This document shows, piece by piece, positions 30,752 through 41,600 of a stretch of DNA of 64,000 nucleotides. The notes under the pieces are model-generated. The model worked only from the letters and a program-made list of their open reading frames with translations, searched no databases and was not told the origin of the DNA. The stretch's first letter is position 1. Each line of letters starts with the position of its first letter. Position numbers and translations under genes: made by a program. Origin of the DNA: Cenarchaeum sp. (GTDB lineage: Archaea > Thermoproteota > Nitrososphaeria > Nitrososphaerales > Nitrosopumilaceae); the NCBI GenBank assembly GCA_965242695.1, contig CBDESU010000002.1, positions 352,001 to 416,000 on the forward strand, read 5' to 3'.

Positions 30752-30999
30752 ATAGGCAGAGCCGCGGCAATGAAGCCAACGTGACAGGTAAATCGTGTCG
30801 CGGCAACTTGGCAGAGGGTGTGCAGGAGCATGCGCGGTGAGTCGACATGGGCGACGACATGGGACGGAGGAGTCCAGAAGGGGTCGGTGCCCTGTGCATG
30901 TGGTCGACAGAGTGTCGCCTGACCATGCGGCAAGGCAGTACGGCGATGCGGTGCACGTACTCCAGATGTTCCGCGCGGGCACATCCAGCCGCGGCTCGT

Positions 31000-32220
31000 C
31001 TAGCCACTATGCAAACCCGCCTGCCGGACTAGCCCCAGCAACTTCTCAAAGCTCCGCGCTTGGACGATTACGACCTGCCACTTCGTCAGGGAACGTACGT
31101 GTTGTCGCCTGTCAAGATGGGTCAGCTGGTGCGGGAAGGCCGTGGTGATCGGTGCGGGGCACTCGTAGATCAAAAACTCTTCCTTTCTTAGATTTCCCTT
31201 TGAAACCAGCCCGGTCGACATTTCAAAGTCGTCTGGGTCGTACCTGCACGAGTGGAGATTTGCCGTGGTCACGACGATCGGAATGTAGCACTGTGAAGTG
31301 TTGTAGCCAATACCAGTGGAAACCTGGTGAATTAGCTTATTCGTTATCAGTCCAAACGTGCCTTCGACAACCTGTGTTGCCGCCTCGTTTAAGGATCTAT
31401 TTTTAAAGTCGTATTTGGATGATTTGTTTAACATCAGCGGCACGGCGCCGTCGTAAATGTTTGTCGATATTGACGGGATACTTATCCTGGCTTTCTCCAC
31501 GCGTAGTGGGCGAGAATCCAAGTCGGATCCCGGAATCCCAAAGAGCAGCAGTCCATCCAAGTCATGGGTCGATATCAGCGTAGCGATCATACTGGTCTTA
31601 CTTGTGTTGTAGTTCATGAATACCCAGTCGGCATATCCGGGATCGGCCTTTTTGACTTCGATGGGAAGGATCAGCTCGAGTGGAGGCACTATTGGAGTGG
31701 CAGCCACTATATCAACTACCCGTTCCTTGGCGAGTCCGGTTTGTTGGCTTTCGGCTAGCGCGCGCTGGAACTCGGCGGTGACGGTGACGGGGTGCACAGA
31801 GTGTTCCTCATTTTTTAGGGCCCGTGGGCGCTTCAAGGGGTCCTGCACAAACGGCGCGACCTGGACGGGATGCTCGGCGGTTGCGCGGTATCCGGAACTT
31901 CTCAATATCCGGTAGACTTCGGCATGCAGGAACGTGCCGCTCTTGTTGAGTGCGCTCATCTTGTCGTCTAGGCCGGGGTCGCACTCGGGGCAAGGCAAGA
32001 GCGGCGGTGGTGCCTCACGTGCAGCGTCAAACATGCTTGCGTACCAGCACCAGTTTCCAACAGCTGATTCGGAACCGCCGGGAAGTGCCGCCTCGTCTAC
32101 GACATGGCAGACCGGCACGTGGATGGTCGAGCCGTTGTGAGAAGGAACTGCAAGGACGCCCTTGGATTCGCTGCGGATTTTCCGCAGTTCGGCCACCCCC
32201 TTGATCCGTTTGCAGGGCAA
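31000..32220 (-). CDS. PD-(D/E)XK-like nuclease with N-terminal His/Cys metal-binding domain
   Basis: KSGTFLHAEV...EHP...VDIVA...IEVKK; N-terminus IHVPVC...WYAS...A...PCPECDP. TTG start with TTTATTAAT upstream. Confidence 0.68.
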   Translation of the reverse strand: MPCKRIKGVAELRKIRSESKGVLAVPSHNGSTIHVPVCHVVDEAALPGGSESAVGNWCWYASMFDAAREAPPPLLPCPECDPGLDDKMSALNKSGTFLHAEVYRILRSSGYRATAEHPVQVAPFVQDPLKRPRALKNEEHSVHPVTVTAEFQRALAESQQTGLAKERVVDIVAATPIVPPLELILPIEVKKADPGYADWVFMNYNTSKTSMIATLISTHDLDGLLLFGIPGSDLDSRPLRVEKARISIPSISTNIYDGAVPLMLNKSSKYDFKNRSLNEAATQVVEGTFGLITNKLIHQVSTGIGYNTSQCYIPIVVTTANLHSCRYDPDDFEMSTGLVSKGNLRKEEFLIYECPAPITTAFPHQLTHLDRRQHVRSLTKWQVVIVQARSFEKLLGLVRQAGLHSG

Positions 32221-32268
32221 TGGCGGGGCCTTTTAGCCGCCATTAATAAACCCAAGGGGCGGGCAGGT

Positions 32269-34962
32269 GCGAGAGCTCAGGTCTCACCCATGCCACTGAC
32301 GCCTGACGGGAGGGGGGGCGAGGCTGCTTGCAGGTGGTGGCAGGTGCACTGGCACAGCCTGCCGACGACATGCCGCGGCTGCGGCAGTTCGGCGGCGCCG
32401 GGCACCCGAACCTGGCGCCAAGGATCCAAACCTTTATCGATCAAATTGGTTCGGCGCGCGGCCATGGGATCGCCGTCCGAGGTCACCCTGCTCCGCAGGG
32501 AGCTTGCGAATGTGCACCGCAGGCATGACGCCGAGACGGAAACCCTCAACGAGACCATCCGCCAGCTTGTGTCCAATCTGTCGGAGGTCACCGCGGAACG
32601 GGACGGCCTGAGGATCACCTGCCGCCTGCAGAAGACGGCACTGGCCACCTCGGCCGGTACGAGCGCCGAGCTGTCGGAAAGATGCAGAAGGCTCGAGGAG
32701 GATGTAGAGGGCATGCGCACCCTGCTCCGGCGCCATGAAAACCCCAACAGCCCGACCTCGTCGCGGGCGATATGCCACAGGGAGCGCGACAGGCTGCGCG
32801 CAAAGATCGGATCGTACAACGAGGGGGACGACGGCAGGCGGAGGGGCGGCGGCAGCGGCGGCGGCGGCAGGGACAAGAACGCGGACTCGCCGGAGCGGGG
32901 CCTGGAGGGAAGCGGGAGCCGGCGGAGGGGCGGCGACAGCGGCGGCGCGGCGGCAGGGAGGAGGGGGAGGAAAAAGGGGGCCGAATCTCAGGCGGCGACG
33001 GCGGTGGCGGAACCGGCGGCGCCCTCCAGACGCCGCCGCCGCCGCGGCCCGGGAAAGTCGAACAGCACAAAGACCGAGTGCACCCTGGCCGTCCCGCTCG
33101 GGCCCTCGTGGTGCTGCGGCGCCGACTATGTCGTAATCGGGTACGCCGTCAAGCGGCTCTACGACCTGATCGGAGGATGGCTCTTGGAGTTTGAAGCGAC
33201 CGACGGCAGGGGCAGGCGCCTGCAGGACCTTGCCAGGGAGGCCGTCCGGATCGGCGGCGTCGGGCGAGGCTGCGCCGTAGCGCTAAAGCTCGAGGTCGGC
33301 TGCTGCTCGGCGTGCGGGCTGCCTTGGAAGGCGAGCACGCCGATCTCGATCCCCGGAACGGCGCTCGGCGCGATCATCAGGGAGCGCCTGCTGGACCTGA
33401 CCGAGCACATGTCCTACCAGGATGCGGCCAACTACATCCGGTGGTACTACGGGATCGACGTGTCCGAGAATGCGGTCGCCAACGCCGTGTCGGCGAGCAT
33501 GGACGCCGCGGCCCACCTGATCCCGCGGATAGTCGAGCGCATATGCGCCAATGGCTACGCCGTGATCGACGAGACCATGGCGCGTAGCATGGGCAGGTGG
33601 GCGTACATCGTGGCCGCGTGCAGCGGCGATGCCGTGCTGATCACGGCCGCCCCGAGCAGGTCTGCGGCATCGCTCGAAGAGGCGCTCGGCCCGATCTGGA
33701 GCCTCCCAAAGGTCACGGACGAGCACGGCGCCTACCCCGACAGGAACAGGCAGTCCGACTCGGTGCACAACCTGCGCAGCGCCGAAGAGCCCGTCTACGT
33801 GTGGCTCACCCTGTTTGGGGACTACGCCGAAGAGGCCGGCATAGACCCCGGCGCCGAGTTCAGGGCCGTCGAGAGGGCTGTAATCCCCCCGCTCGTCGAC
33901 ATGATCAGGTCCAATCCGGACGTCCGACTGGTGGACGGCGCCGAGCTGCCGTCCGTCGAGCCGGCCGACGGCGGCGGATGCGGCCGAGACACTGTCAAGG
34001 CCATCCGCTCGATCCTGCCCGCCGCCTCCGGCCACCCGGATGCCGCCGCGCCCCTCCCGCCTGCCTCCCTTCCGCGGCCGCCGCGGGCTGGAGACATTGC
34101 GCTCAAAAAGAGGGGGAAGGCGGCAGGAGGGGTGCGGCGCCCGAGGCGCGGCGGGCTTGCGGAAATAATTGATCGCGACGTGGCATCGGGATCGCCGCCG
34201 CCGCCGCCGCCGTCCCGGCCGCGGTCGGGGCGCAGGCCGACCGCCAAAGAGATCGCGGGGTACCGCAGGGACTCGACCACGTACTTTGGCCTCCTGTGCC
34301 TCTACAGGGTCAGCTCGCGCATCGACACGGCGCCCCCGATCGTGGCCCTCGCCCTGCAGCGCGCGATGTGCGCCATACTCGAGGGGTACGGGGACAAGCA
34401 TCCTGTCAGGACGCGGTACGAGAATGCGATGCCGTGCCTGTTCTACCACACGCAGGTCGACGGCATGCCGGCGCACTCGAACGACGTGGAGAGGGTCATA
34501 CGCAACGTCGCAAAGCGGTACATGGATGCGCACGTGCAGTTCAAGGGGCACCGCGGCATGGTCGTCGGGTCGGGAAAGATGACGATCGCGGCCAATGCCG
34601 GAAGGCGGGGCATGTCGCTGGGCAGGGCCGTGACCTACGCCATTGCCGATCCCAGCTGGAACATACTCGACGGGCCGCCGGCAGGGGAGCCGCCGGCATG
34701 GATGCCCCCGGGCGGCGGCGGGGCAAGGAGCAGCGGCGCCGGATGAAGGAAGCCGGCAGGCCGGGGGCAGGATCCGGCCGCGTCCTCGGCGGCCCCTGCC
34801 CCCCTCCCTGCCGGCGCCGCGGGTTGATGGCAGGCTGATGCGTCCCGCCCCAGCCGCCGCGCGGCGGGCATGCACATGGCCTGTTCTCCGCCCCCTGCCG
34901 CTCTTCTCCAGTGCCGCCGCCAAGTCGACCGCCACGGCCCGCCCTAAGACCTGAGCTCTCGC
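32269..34962 (+). mobile_element. IS66-family-like insertion sequence, single ORF, 16-bp TIRs, 8-bp TSD
   Basis: TIR GCGAGAGCTCAGGTCT (32269-32284) and its reverse complement (34947-34962); direct repeat GGGCAGGT at 32261-32268 and 34963-34970. Confidence 0.9.
32464..34746 (+). CDS. IS66-like DDE transposase (TnpC-like)
   Basis: N-terminal coiled coil, ENPNSPTSS, Cys cluster, IDET, VTDEHGAY, SNDVERVIR; long low-complexity insertions. Confidence 0.82.
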   Translation: MGSPSEVTLLRRELANVHRRHDAETETLNETIRQLVSNLSEVTAERDGLRITCRLQKTALATSAGTSAELSERCRRLEEDVEGMRTLLRRHENPNSPTSSRAICHRERDRLRAKIGSYNEGDDGRRRGGGSGGGGRDKNADSPERGLEGSGSRRRGGDSGGAAAGRRGRKKGAESQAATAVAEPAAPSRRRRRRGPGKSNSTKTECTLAVPLGPSWCCGADYVVIGYAVKRLYDLIGGWLLEFEATDGRGRRLQDLAREAVRIGGVGRGCAVALKLEVGCCSACGLPWKASTPISIPGTALGAIIRERLLDLTEHMSYQDAANYIRWYYGIDVSENAVANAVSASMDAAAHLIPRIVERICANGYAVIDETMARSMGRWAYIVAACSGDAVLITAAPSRSAASLEEALGPIWSLPKVTDEHGAYPDRNRQSDSVHNLRSAEEPVYVWLTLFGDYAEEAGIDPGAEFRAVERAVIPPLVDMIRSNPDVRLVDGAELPSVEPADGGGCGRDTVKAIRSILPAASGHPDAAAPLPPASLPRPPRAGDIALKKRGKAAGGVRRPRRGGLAEIIDRDVASGSPPPPPPSRPRSGRRPTAKEIAGYRRDSTTYFGLLCLYRVSSRIDTAPPIVALALQRAMCAILEGYGDKHPVRTRYENAMPCLFYHTQVDGMPAHSNDVERVIRNVAKRYMDAHVQFKGHRGMVVGSGKMTIAANAGRRGMSLGRAVTYAIADPSWNILDGPPAGEPPAWMPPGGGGARSSGAG

Positions 34963-35340
34963 GGGCAGGTCGTGCTCAATCCTCGGCCGGTATTCGCCAC
35001 GGGCATTGGCAGCCGGCCAGGCCACAGCGGCCTCGGTCGCCTGTGAGTCGCGGAACAGCGGCGCGGACTTGATTCCGCTAGCGTCAGCGCCGCCTTTCTC
35101 CCGGGGCAGGCTGCCAAGCGCGGCCCTAGCCTGCACTGCATCCAAACGCGTGCCCGGTGGCGCCTACGGTTTGGCCACATCTGTTAGTGTCCCTATGCCA
35201 AAAGGCCGCTGGTGGCAGGCCCCGCCCTAGCGCACCTGCTACCTAGCCATACCTGCCGCCACGGCTTAGCCTGCCCCTTGCCTGCCAGTCCGGCACCACG
35301 TTGATCAGCGGCAAACCCCATCCTCAAGCGCCGTGTCAGA

Positions 35341-38157
35341 CTAGCCGACAGGATAGCCTATGTCGTTGCCTTCTGCATCGGCCGTCAGTTCGCTTTCCAG
35401 TTCTATTGCAGATTGTCCCGTCGTTTTTTGGTCGGAGGCCAGCCCCTGCCGCTTTATTTTTACGTAGTCGGGCGTTCTCCTTGTGTCGAGCGGGATGCAT
35501 GTGCTACCGGCCCTAATGAAAAAGTCGTGTTTTCCCTCTATGCGCTTTCGTAGCTTAACAGGCCCGGTCGTAGACGCGGTGACGGCGCAGTGCAGGATGT
35601 CGGTGCCGTCGACCGCCACAATCTCGCGGTCAAAGTTGCCGTCGTGTTCGGGCCCAAGGTATCCCACTATTACGTTTGTTAGCCATGTCAGGACCCTGTC
35701 CCTCTCCCTGCGAGACAGCCGCCCACCGCCGGGCGCGAGCCCCTCCACCTTGCCGTCGTCGCCGATGCCGATCAGCAGATCGCCTCCCTTTGTGTTCACA
35801 AAGGCGCACAGCTCCCGGGCTACTTTTTCTTCCATTTTGCCAGGCTGCCAAGTGCGCTCTTGGCGCGAGGCGGGCCACGACTTGAATTCTAGCACCTCGG
35901 ACTCGTCCTTGGGCAAGAGTGACTTGACCAGCTGTTCGCGGCCGCCAGATGGCGTGGCGGCCGACGCTTGCGCGTGCGGATCAACAACGCTAGGAGCGGC
36001 TCTTCTAGGCGGTGGCTCGGCAGGCCCGAGCGACTCGCGCGCGTAGTGGCCGATCGCTTCGTCAGGCGCTCCAAGCTCGGACAGGCAGGAGAGCCGCCCG
36101 ACGTACGCGTCGGCGTTGCCGGGATCCAGCTCGATCGCCCGGTCAAAGTGCGCGAGTGCCTCGCGGTGCAGCTTTAGGCGCTGCAGGGAAAGGGCCTTGT
36201 TGCTGTGCAGCCTAAAGTTGCCCGGATCGAGCTTGATCGCCCTGTCAAAGTACTCAATGGCCTCGCCGTCCCTGCCCAGCTCCGCCAGCACGATTCCTCC
36301 GTTGTTGTGCGCCCCGGTGTTGGTGGAATCCAGCTCGGCGACCAGCCTGTACTCCTCCAACGCCTCGCCGAAGCGGCCCATCTCCTGTAGGGACAGCCCG
36401 CGGTTGTAGTGCAGGACGGCCTGTTTCGGTTTGATTCGGATCGCCCTGTCAAAGTGGTCTAGCGCCTCCTCGTGGCGGCCTAGCTCCGCCAGCATGCTCC
36501 CCATGTTCGAGAGCGCGGGCGGGTCGTCGGGCCGGGCCGAGACGACCACCTCGCAGTGCAGTGACGACTCACTGAACCGCCCCAGATCACGCAGCAGGTA
36601 GGATGCAAGCGTGTGAAAGTCCATTTTAGAAAGATCACGTCCTAGGGCTTGGAAGCAGTAAGACAGCGCCTCCTCAGGTCGGCCCAGCGCGCGCAGAGAG
36701 AGCGCCATGATGAAGTGCGGCCGGGGATCCGAATCGTTCGCCGCGATGGCCCGGCCGCACAGATGCATGACCTCCTTGTGGCGGCCCAGCCTCTGCAGCA
36801 GGGCCATTAGCGGGATGTACGAGTCGACTCGGCCTGGCGCGACCTTGATCGCCCTGCGGCCGGGGCGCATGGCCTCCTTGTACTGGCCCAATTTTGACAG
36901 GCAGGTGGACACCCTCTCGTGGGCCAGGGGATCCTTTGGCGCCATCTTGGTCACCCTTTTCGCATGCCTCAGGGCCTCTTCGTACCGCCCCAGCTGGAAC
37001 AGGGAGAACGACGCGTTGTGGCGCGCCTGCACTCTGCGGGGATCGAGGCGCGCCGCCCTCAGGTGGCACCGCAGGGCCTCGGCGTGGCAGCCGAGGCGGT
37101 TCAGGACGATGCCGCGCATTGAATGCGCCCGGGGGTTGGACGGATCCAACACCACGGCCCGCTTTGCACAGCGCAGGGCCCTAGAATGGCGGCCCAGCAT
37201 GGACAGACAGCGGGCCATGGCAATATGGCCGTCGGCCCGCGCGGGATCCGCCTTGATTGCCTCCCTGCAGTGCCCTAGCGCTCCCTGGTAGAGCTCCAGC
37301 TCGCCCAGGCAGACGGCCATTTTGAGTTGCAGGTCGGCATCGGGCGAACCCAGCCTCGAGGCCACCGAGTAGGCGGCATACGCCCTGTCGTACACCTCTT
37401 CCCTGAAGAATCGGTCGCCGCGGTCCACGTACCTCTGGCGCCTTGCCGCTTTAGATTCGCCGCCGCTGCCGCCGCCGGCGACGGGCGGGTTGTCGGGGCC
37501 GGGTCGCCCGCCCTGGCCCCCCGGCGGCGCCTGCGGGCCGCCCTTCAAGAGCGCTTCGTTGCGGGTGCACTCGGGATCAGCTGCGGCGCCTGGCGGCGGC
37601 GCCGAATCCCGCTCGGCCCCCTTTTGCAGGGGCGCCCGCCCCGCGCCTGCCGGGAGCGCGTCCCGCCTTTCCCTGATGCGGGCGCGGCGCCGCGGCGCGA
37701 GCTCGAGCCGCACGGCGCCCGCATCCCCTCCGCCGCAGCCGCCGCCCGTTATCTTCACGCTGTTCGGGAGGGAGGGGCCGTCCAAGGCGCGCTCTGCGTC
37801 CCCGCTGCGCGGCCCGCCCTGCCCCCGCCCGGACACGGGCGGCTCGACGCCAGGCCCATTTGGCATGCCCTTTAGGGCCGGGAGGGCAGCGCCGGGCGGT
37901 CGTCCCATGCCTTCGACGGGGTGGTCGGCGGCGCCCATGACCAGTAGGACGGCGCCCCCTGCGGCGAGCGGCGCGCCAGCGCGCCGGGCAAGCCCGATCC
38001 CCCGCGGCGGGGGCAGCGCCGGGCGGCCGGCACCGGGTTCGAGCATGCCCGGCCCGGCCCCCCGAGGGCGCGGCGGGAAGTGCCGCAGGGCCCGCCGGCC
38101 CCCCGGTCGGGCAGGACAGGCGGCGCAGAACGGGCACGGGGCGGTGGGACGATCCAT
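35341..38157 (-). CDS. TPR-repeat protein with C-terminal Schlafen/AlbA_2 domain
   Basis: Many TPRs (e.g. NMGSMLAELGRHEEALDHFDRAIRIKP), then ESEVLEFKS...AFVNTKGGDLLIGIGDDG. ATG38157 with CTTATTA upstream. Confidence 0.88.
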   Translation of the reverse strand: MDRPTAPCPFCAACPARPGGRRALRHFPPRPRGAGPGMLEPGAGRPALPPPRGIGLARRAGAPLAAGGAVLLVMGAADHPVEGMGRPPGAALPALKGMPNGPGVEPPVSGRGQGGPRSGDAERALDGPSLPNSVKITGGGCGGGDAGAVRLELAPRRRARIRERRDALPAGAGRAPLQKGAERDSAPPPGAAADPECTRNEALLKGGPQAPPGGQGGRPGPDNPPVAGGGSGGESKAARRQRYVDRGDRFFREEVYDRAYAAYSVASRLGSPDADLQLKMAVCLGELELYQGALGHCREAIKADPARADGHIAMARCLSMLGRHSRALRCAKRAVVLDPSNPRAHSMRGIVLNRLGCHAEALRCHLRAARLDPRRVQARHNASFSLFQLGRYEEALRHAKRVTKMAPKDPLAHERVSTCLSKLGQYKEAMRPGRRAIKVAPGRVDSYIPLMALLQRLGRHKEVMHLCGRAIAANDSDPRPHFIMALSLRALGRPEEALSYCFQALGRDLSKMDFHTLASYLLRDLGRFSESSLHCEVVVSARPDDPPALSNMGSMLAELGRHEEALDHFDRAIRIKPKQAVLHYNRGLSLQEMGRFGEALEEYRLVAELDSTNTGAHNNGGIVLAELGRDGEAIEYFDRAIKLDPGNFRLHSNKALSLQRLKLHREALAHFDRAIELDPGNADAYVGRLSCLSELGAPDEAIGHYARESLGPAEPPPRRAAPSVVDPHAQASAATPSGGREQLVKSLLPKDESEVLEFKSWPASRQERTWQPGKMEEKVARELCAFVNTKGGDLLIGIGDDGKVEGLAPGGGRLSRRERDRVLTWLTNVIVGYLGPEHDGNFDREIVAVDGTDILHCAVTASTTGPVKLRKRIEGKHDFFIRAGSTCIPLDTRRTPDYVKIKRQGLASDQKTTGQSAIELESELTADAEGNDIGYPVG

Positions 38158-38617
38158 GGCAGGCAGGCTGGAGTTTGGGGTAATAAGGTAGGCGCCAGTG
38201 CGGGTCGTTTCGCCCGCCAGATTGCTAGGAGGTGGCAGAGCGGGCGGCGCCCGGGACGGCAGTGGGCGGCCCGGAGCGCGCGGGCGGGAGGAGAGCCCAG
38301 CCGTGGTGAGGTCGGGGGAGGCGGAAGAGGCGGTAGGAGGCGCGGCAGGCGCGTTGGACGGGGGCGCTACGGCGGCGGTGCGCAGGAGTAGGATCGGACA
38401 GGATGCGCGATCGCGGCGCCGGCGCGGCCTGCCGGGCCGGCGGGAGCCTTGTGGGCTGCCATGCCGCCCCATGCGCGTGGCGACATCAGCGGCCCGCGGG
38501 GTGTCCGGCAACCAAGCAGCTCGGCTCGGGACCAAAAGCCGGCTGGGCATCCCCGCGGCGCCATCCATGGCGGGCAGGGGCCTTCGCGTCTGGATACGGC
38601 TGCGCTACAGGCCGCTA

Positions 38618-41600
38618 CTAGTCCCGCCGCCCCATCTCTGAGAGCAGCTCCAGGGCGGGCGGCCACCCCGCGGCGGCGAACGCGTCGAGCACGTCGACGC
38701 ATCGGTTCCACTCGCTGTCGTACAGCGAGTGGTGCTGCAGGAGCCCCGCCAGCGCGTTCAGCGAGGATTCTGCCGCGGGCGGGTCGGACGCCACGGCGTC
38801 GCCGTGGTCTTTTACGGCCCCTTCCAGGTACGCCAGGGCGGCATCGGGCGCCTCCTTCCAAAACCTCTCGAAGAAGCCGGCCAGTATCTCGGCAATGGAC
38901 AGGTCGAACGCGGCGCCCGCCAGTAGGTCGGTGATGCGCGCAAGGTGCAGCGCGATCTTTGCAATGTACTCGCGGTTGTCGATGTCGGGATTGTCGTCAA
39001 AGCCGTTGAGCGTGAAGAACGCCGCATTGTGGCGCACCTCTCGCAGGGGATCGTGCAGCATCCGGTAGAGCAGGTCGAGGGCGGCATCCTGGTGCCCGGT
39101 ACCGAGGAATCTTTCCTTGAGAATAAACGGTATGCGCATGCGCAGCTCCTTGCTGAACGCCCCCTCGTCGGCGATGCGGTCGAGCATGCCTGCCGCGTGG
39201 GGCTCCCTCAGTTCCACCGCCAGGGCAAGCAGGAGCGGCGCCACGGTCTCAGGCGCCTGGCCGGATGCCGCCAGCATGTTCTCGATCATCGACGATGCCG
39301 ACGCCGGATCCTGCCGCAGTATGCGGTACAGCGCAGGGGGAAGAAAGGACTGCACGCGAGGATCGGGATCGCGGCTGTACGACAGCGCTATTGCGCGCGC
39401 CGCGTCGTAGTGGGCAGGCAGCATGCGCGGAAGGGATCTGGCCACGTCGCTGCGCACCAGGTTGACGCGGTCGTCCGAGAGGTCGCGTATGGCATCGAGT
39501 GCGTCCCCGCTCTTGCGGTGCGTCAGTATGGCGATCAGGCACTCGGCGACCAGGCCGCGCACGCTTTGCACTGTCGCCGGCGAGTCTCCAAGCGGGGGCG
39601 GCTCGTCCCGTTCCGGGTCGGGATCGTCCTTGCTGCGAAGCAGGAACGACTCCATTTTGGACAAGAGGGCCTCGTCCGGGCGGGCTCCGTCCTTGCCGGT
39701 CAGCGCCTTCAGCATGCTGTCGAGCAGCTCAATTTTCCTGCCGCGATCTAGGTCGGCCTCCACCAACTCCCTTACGGCCAGGAGCGGCTCCTCTGTCCCC
39801 TCCCAGACAAGCATGTCCTGGATCGGGCCGTGCGCAATGGGCTGGGCGTCCTCCAAGGCTGGCCGCGGGTGCCTGTCCACCACGCGCGCGTCCTCCCGGG
39901 AGAGGAGCGAGCGGGGCAGCTCGGAGAGGAACGCGGCGCGCGCCCTCTCGCTTCGCAGCATCTCGCCGTCCGTGCTGTCGCGAGGCGCGTTCGAGGCGGC
40001 GATCGCCTCGTAGACCCGCGCCGCCTGCGGGTCGGAGAGGAGGGGAAGGGCCTGCCGCAGCGCGTTGCCGACGCTGCGGCGGAGACCGTAGGGATTGTAC
40101 GTCTGCGGGTCGGAGAGTAGGGCGGCAAGCTCGCCGGCAAACACGGGGGCCCGCCTTGCCATGCCGTCAATCCGCATGCGTAGGAAGGGAACGAGCCTCG
40201 TGCTCGCCAGCAGGGAGGCCAGCCTCGAGAATGCCTCGTCGCCGCATGCGTCTACGTGCTGCTTGGCGGCGCTCAGTATGGATCCCTCGCGGCCCGAGAG
40301 GCCCGCGGGGTCGGGCCAGTCTACCAGCTGGCCGCTGGCGGGGCCACTCCAGGCATCGGGCACGGCGCGGCGGCTCATGCGCTCTGCGGTCAATATTGCG
40401 GCGCGCAACATGGCGGGCGGGTCTACCTCCATCAGGCGGGGGAGCATCTTGCCAAGCTTCCACCGGATCGTGTCGTTGTACTGCGCCGGCGCACCTATCG
40501 TCCTAGTCATCCCTAGCGATCCAATCCCCATTTCCCCACCCGACGGCTCTTCGTGCGTGTAGAGGGCGCAGAATATGTCAGGGACCGCGTCCGCCTCGGC
40601 CTCTAGGAGGCGTAGCAGATTGGCCGCCACGCCCATGCGCACGAGCGGATCGGCGTTGTCCGACATTGTCCCCAGCCATGCGGCCTTGCCTTCGGCGTCG
40701 ATGTCGGTAAGCATCGCGACTGCCCTCTGTCGCACCCTTCCGTTCCTGTTTCCCACGGCAAGGGCCCTAGCGGCGGCAAACACGCGGTCGTGGTGCCGCG
40801 CATCGGCGGCGGCTGCTGCTTCTAGGCAGGCAATGATGAACTCGCCGTTGGGGTTGTCCGGATCCTCAGCCCAGCCGGTGATGGCCTCGCCCCACACGCG
40901 GAACCACGACGCATCCGGGCGCTTTGCCAGCGCCATGAGGAAGTGGCGCTGCAGGATCGGGTGTTCCGAGAGCATGCCGGCGAGTCCGGCGCATGCGCCG
41001 CACCCTTTGCCGTGCTCCATGTTTGCTAGCGCGGCAACGGCGGCGATCTTCCAGTGGTGCTTGACGTCGGCGCCGGCCACGCCCGCTACGATCGATGCAA
41101 ACTCGTCCGCGTCCCGCTCGTGCGCCATGGCCAGCGCCATGGAAAGCGTCGGGCGCAGGAAGACGTTGTACTCGTCCGCGCGAAGGTATGCCTCTATGGG
41201 CCGGTGCCTCTCAAGCAGTGCCCTCGACATGGCGTAGTCCATGTATGCGTGGTGGAAGTACCGGATCATGCCGCCTGCGCCGGCGCGCCGCAGGATGCCC
41301 GCGCTCAGCGCCGCATCGGCCGCCTCTTGGTCGTCGGGCTCGTAGGGGACCATGGTCCTGCGCGCCTTGGACATGCCTTCGGCTGCGGCGTAGAGGATGT
41401 TCCTGACGCGCGGGCCGAGCGGCCCCGTTTCCACATAGTGGCGCCAGTGGGCGTCGTACAGGCCGATCTCGTGCCTGATCGACGAAAGGTCAGCGCCAGG
41501 CGACCCTTTCAGGATGAGCGTGTACAGGCTCAGGTTGAGGGGGTTGGCCAGCAGGCCCTTCAATCGGGCCGGGATGCGGGGGCTGTCAGTCCCGCCCAGT

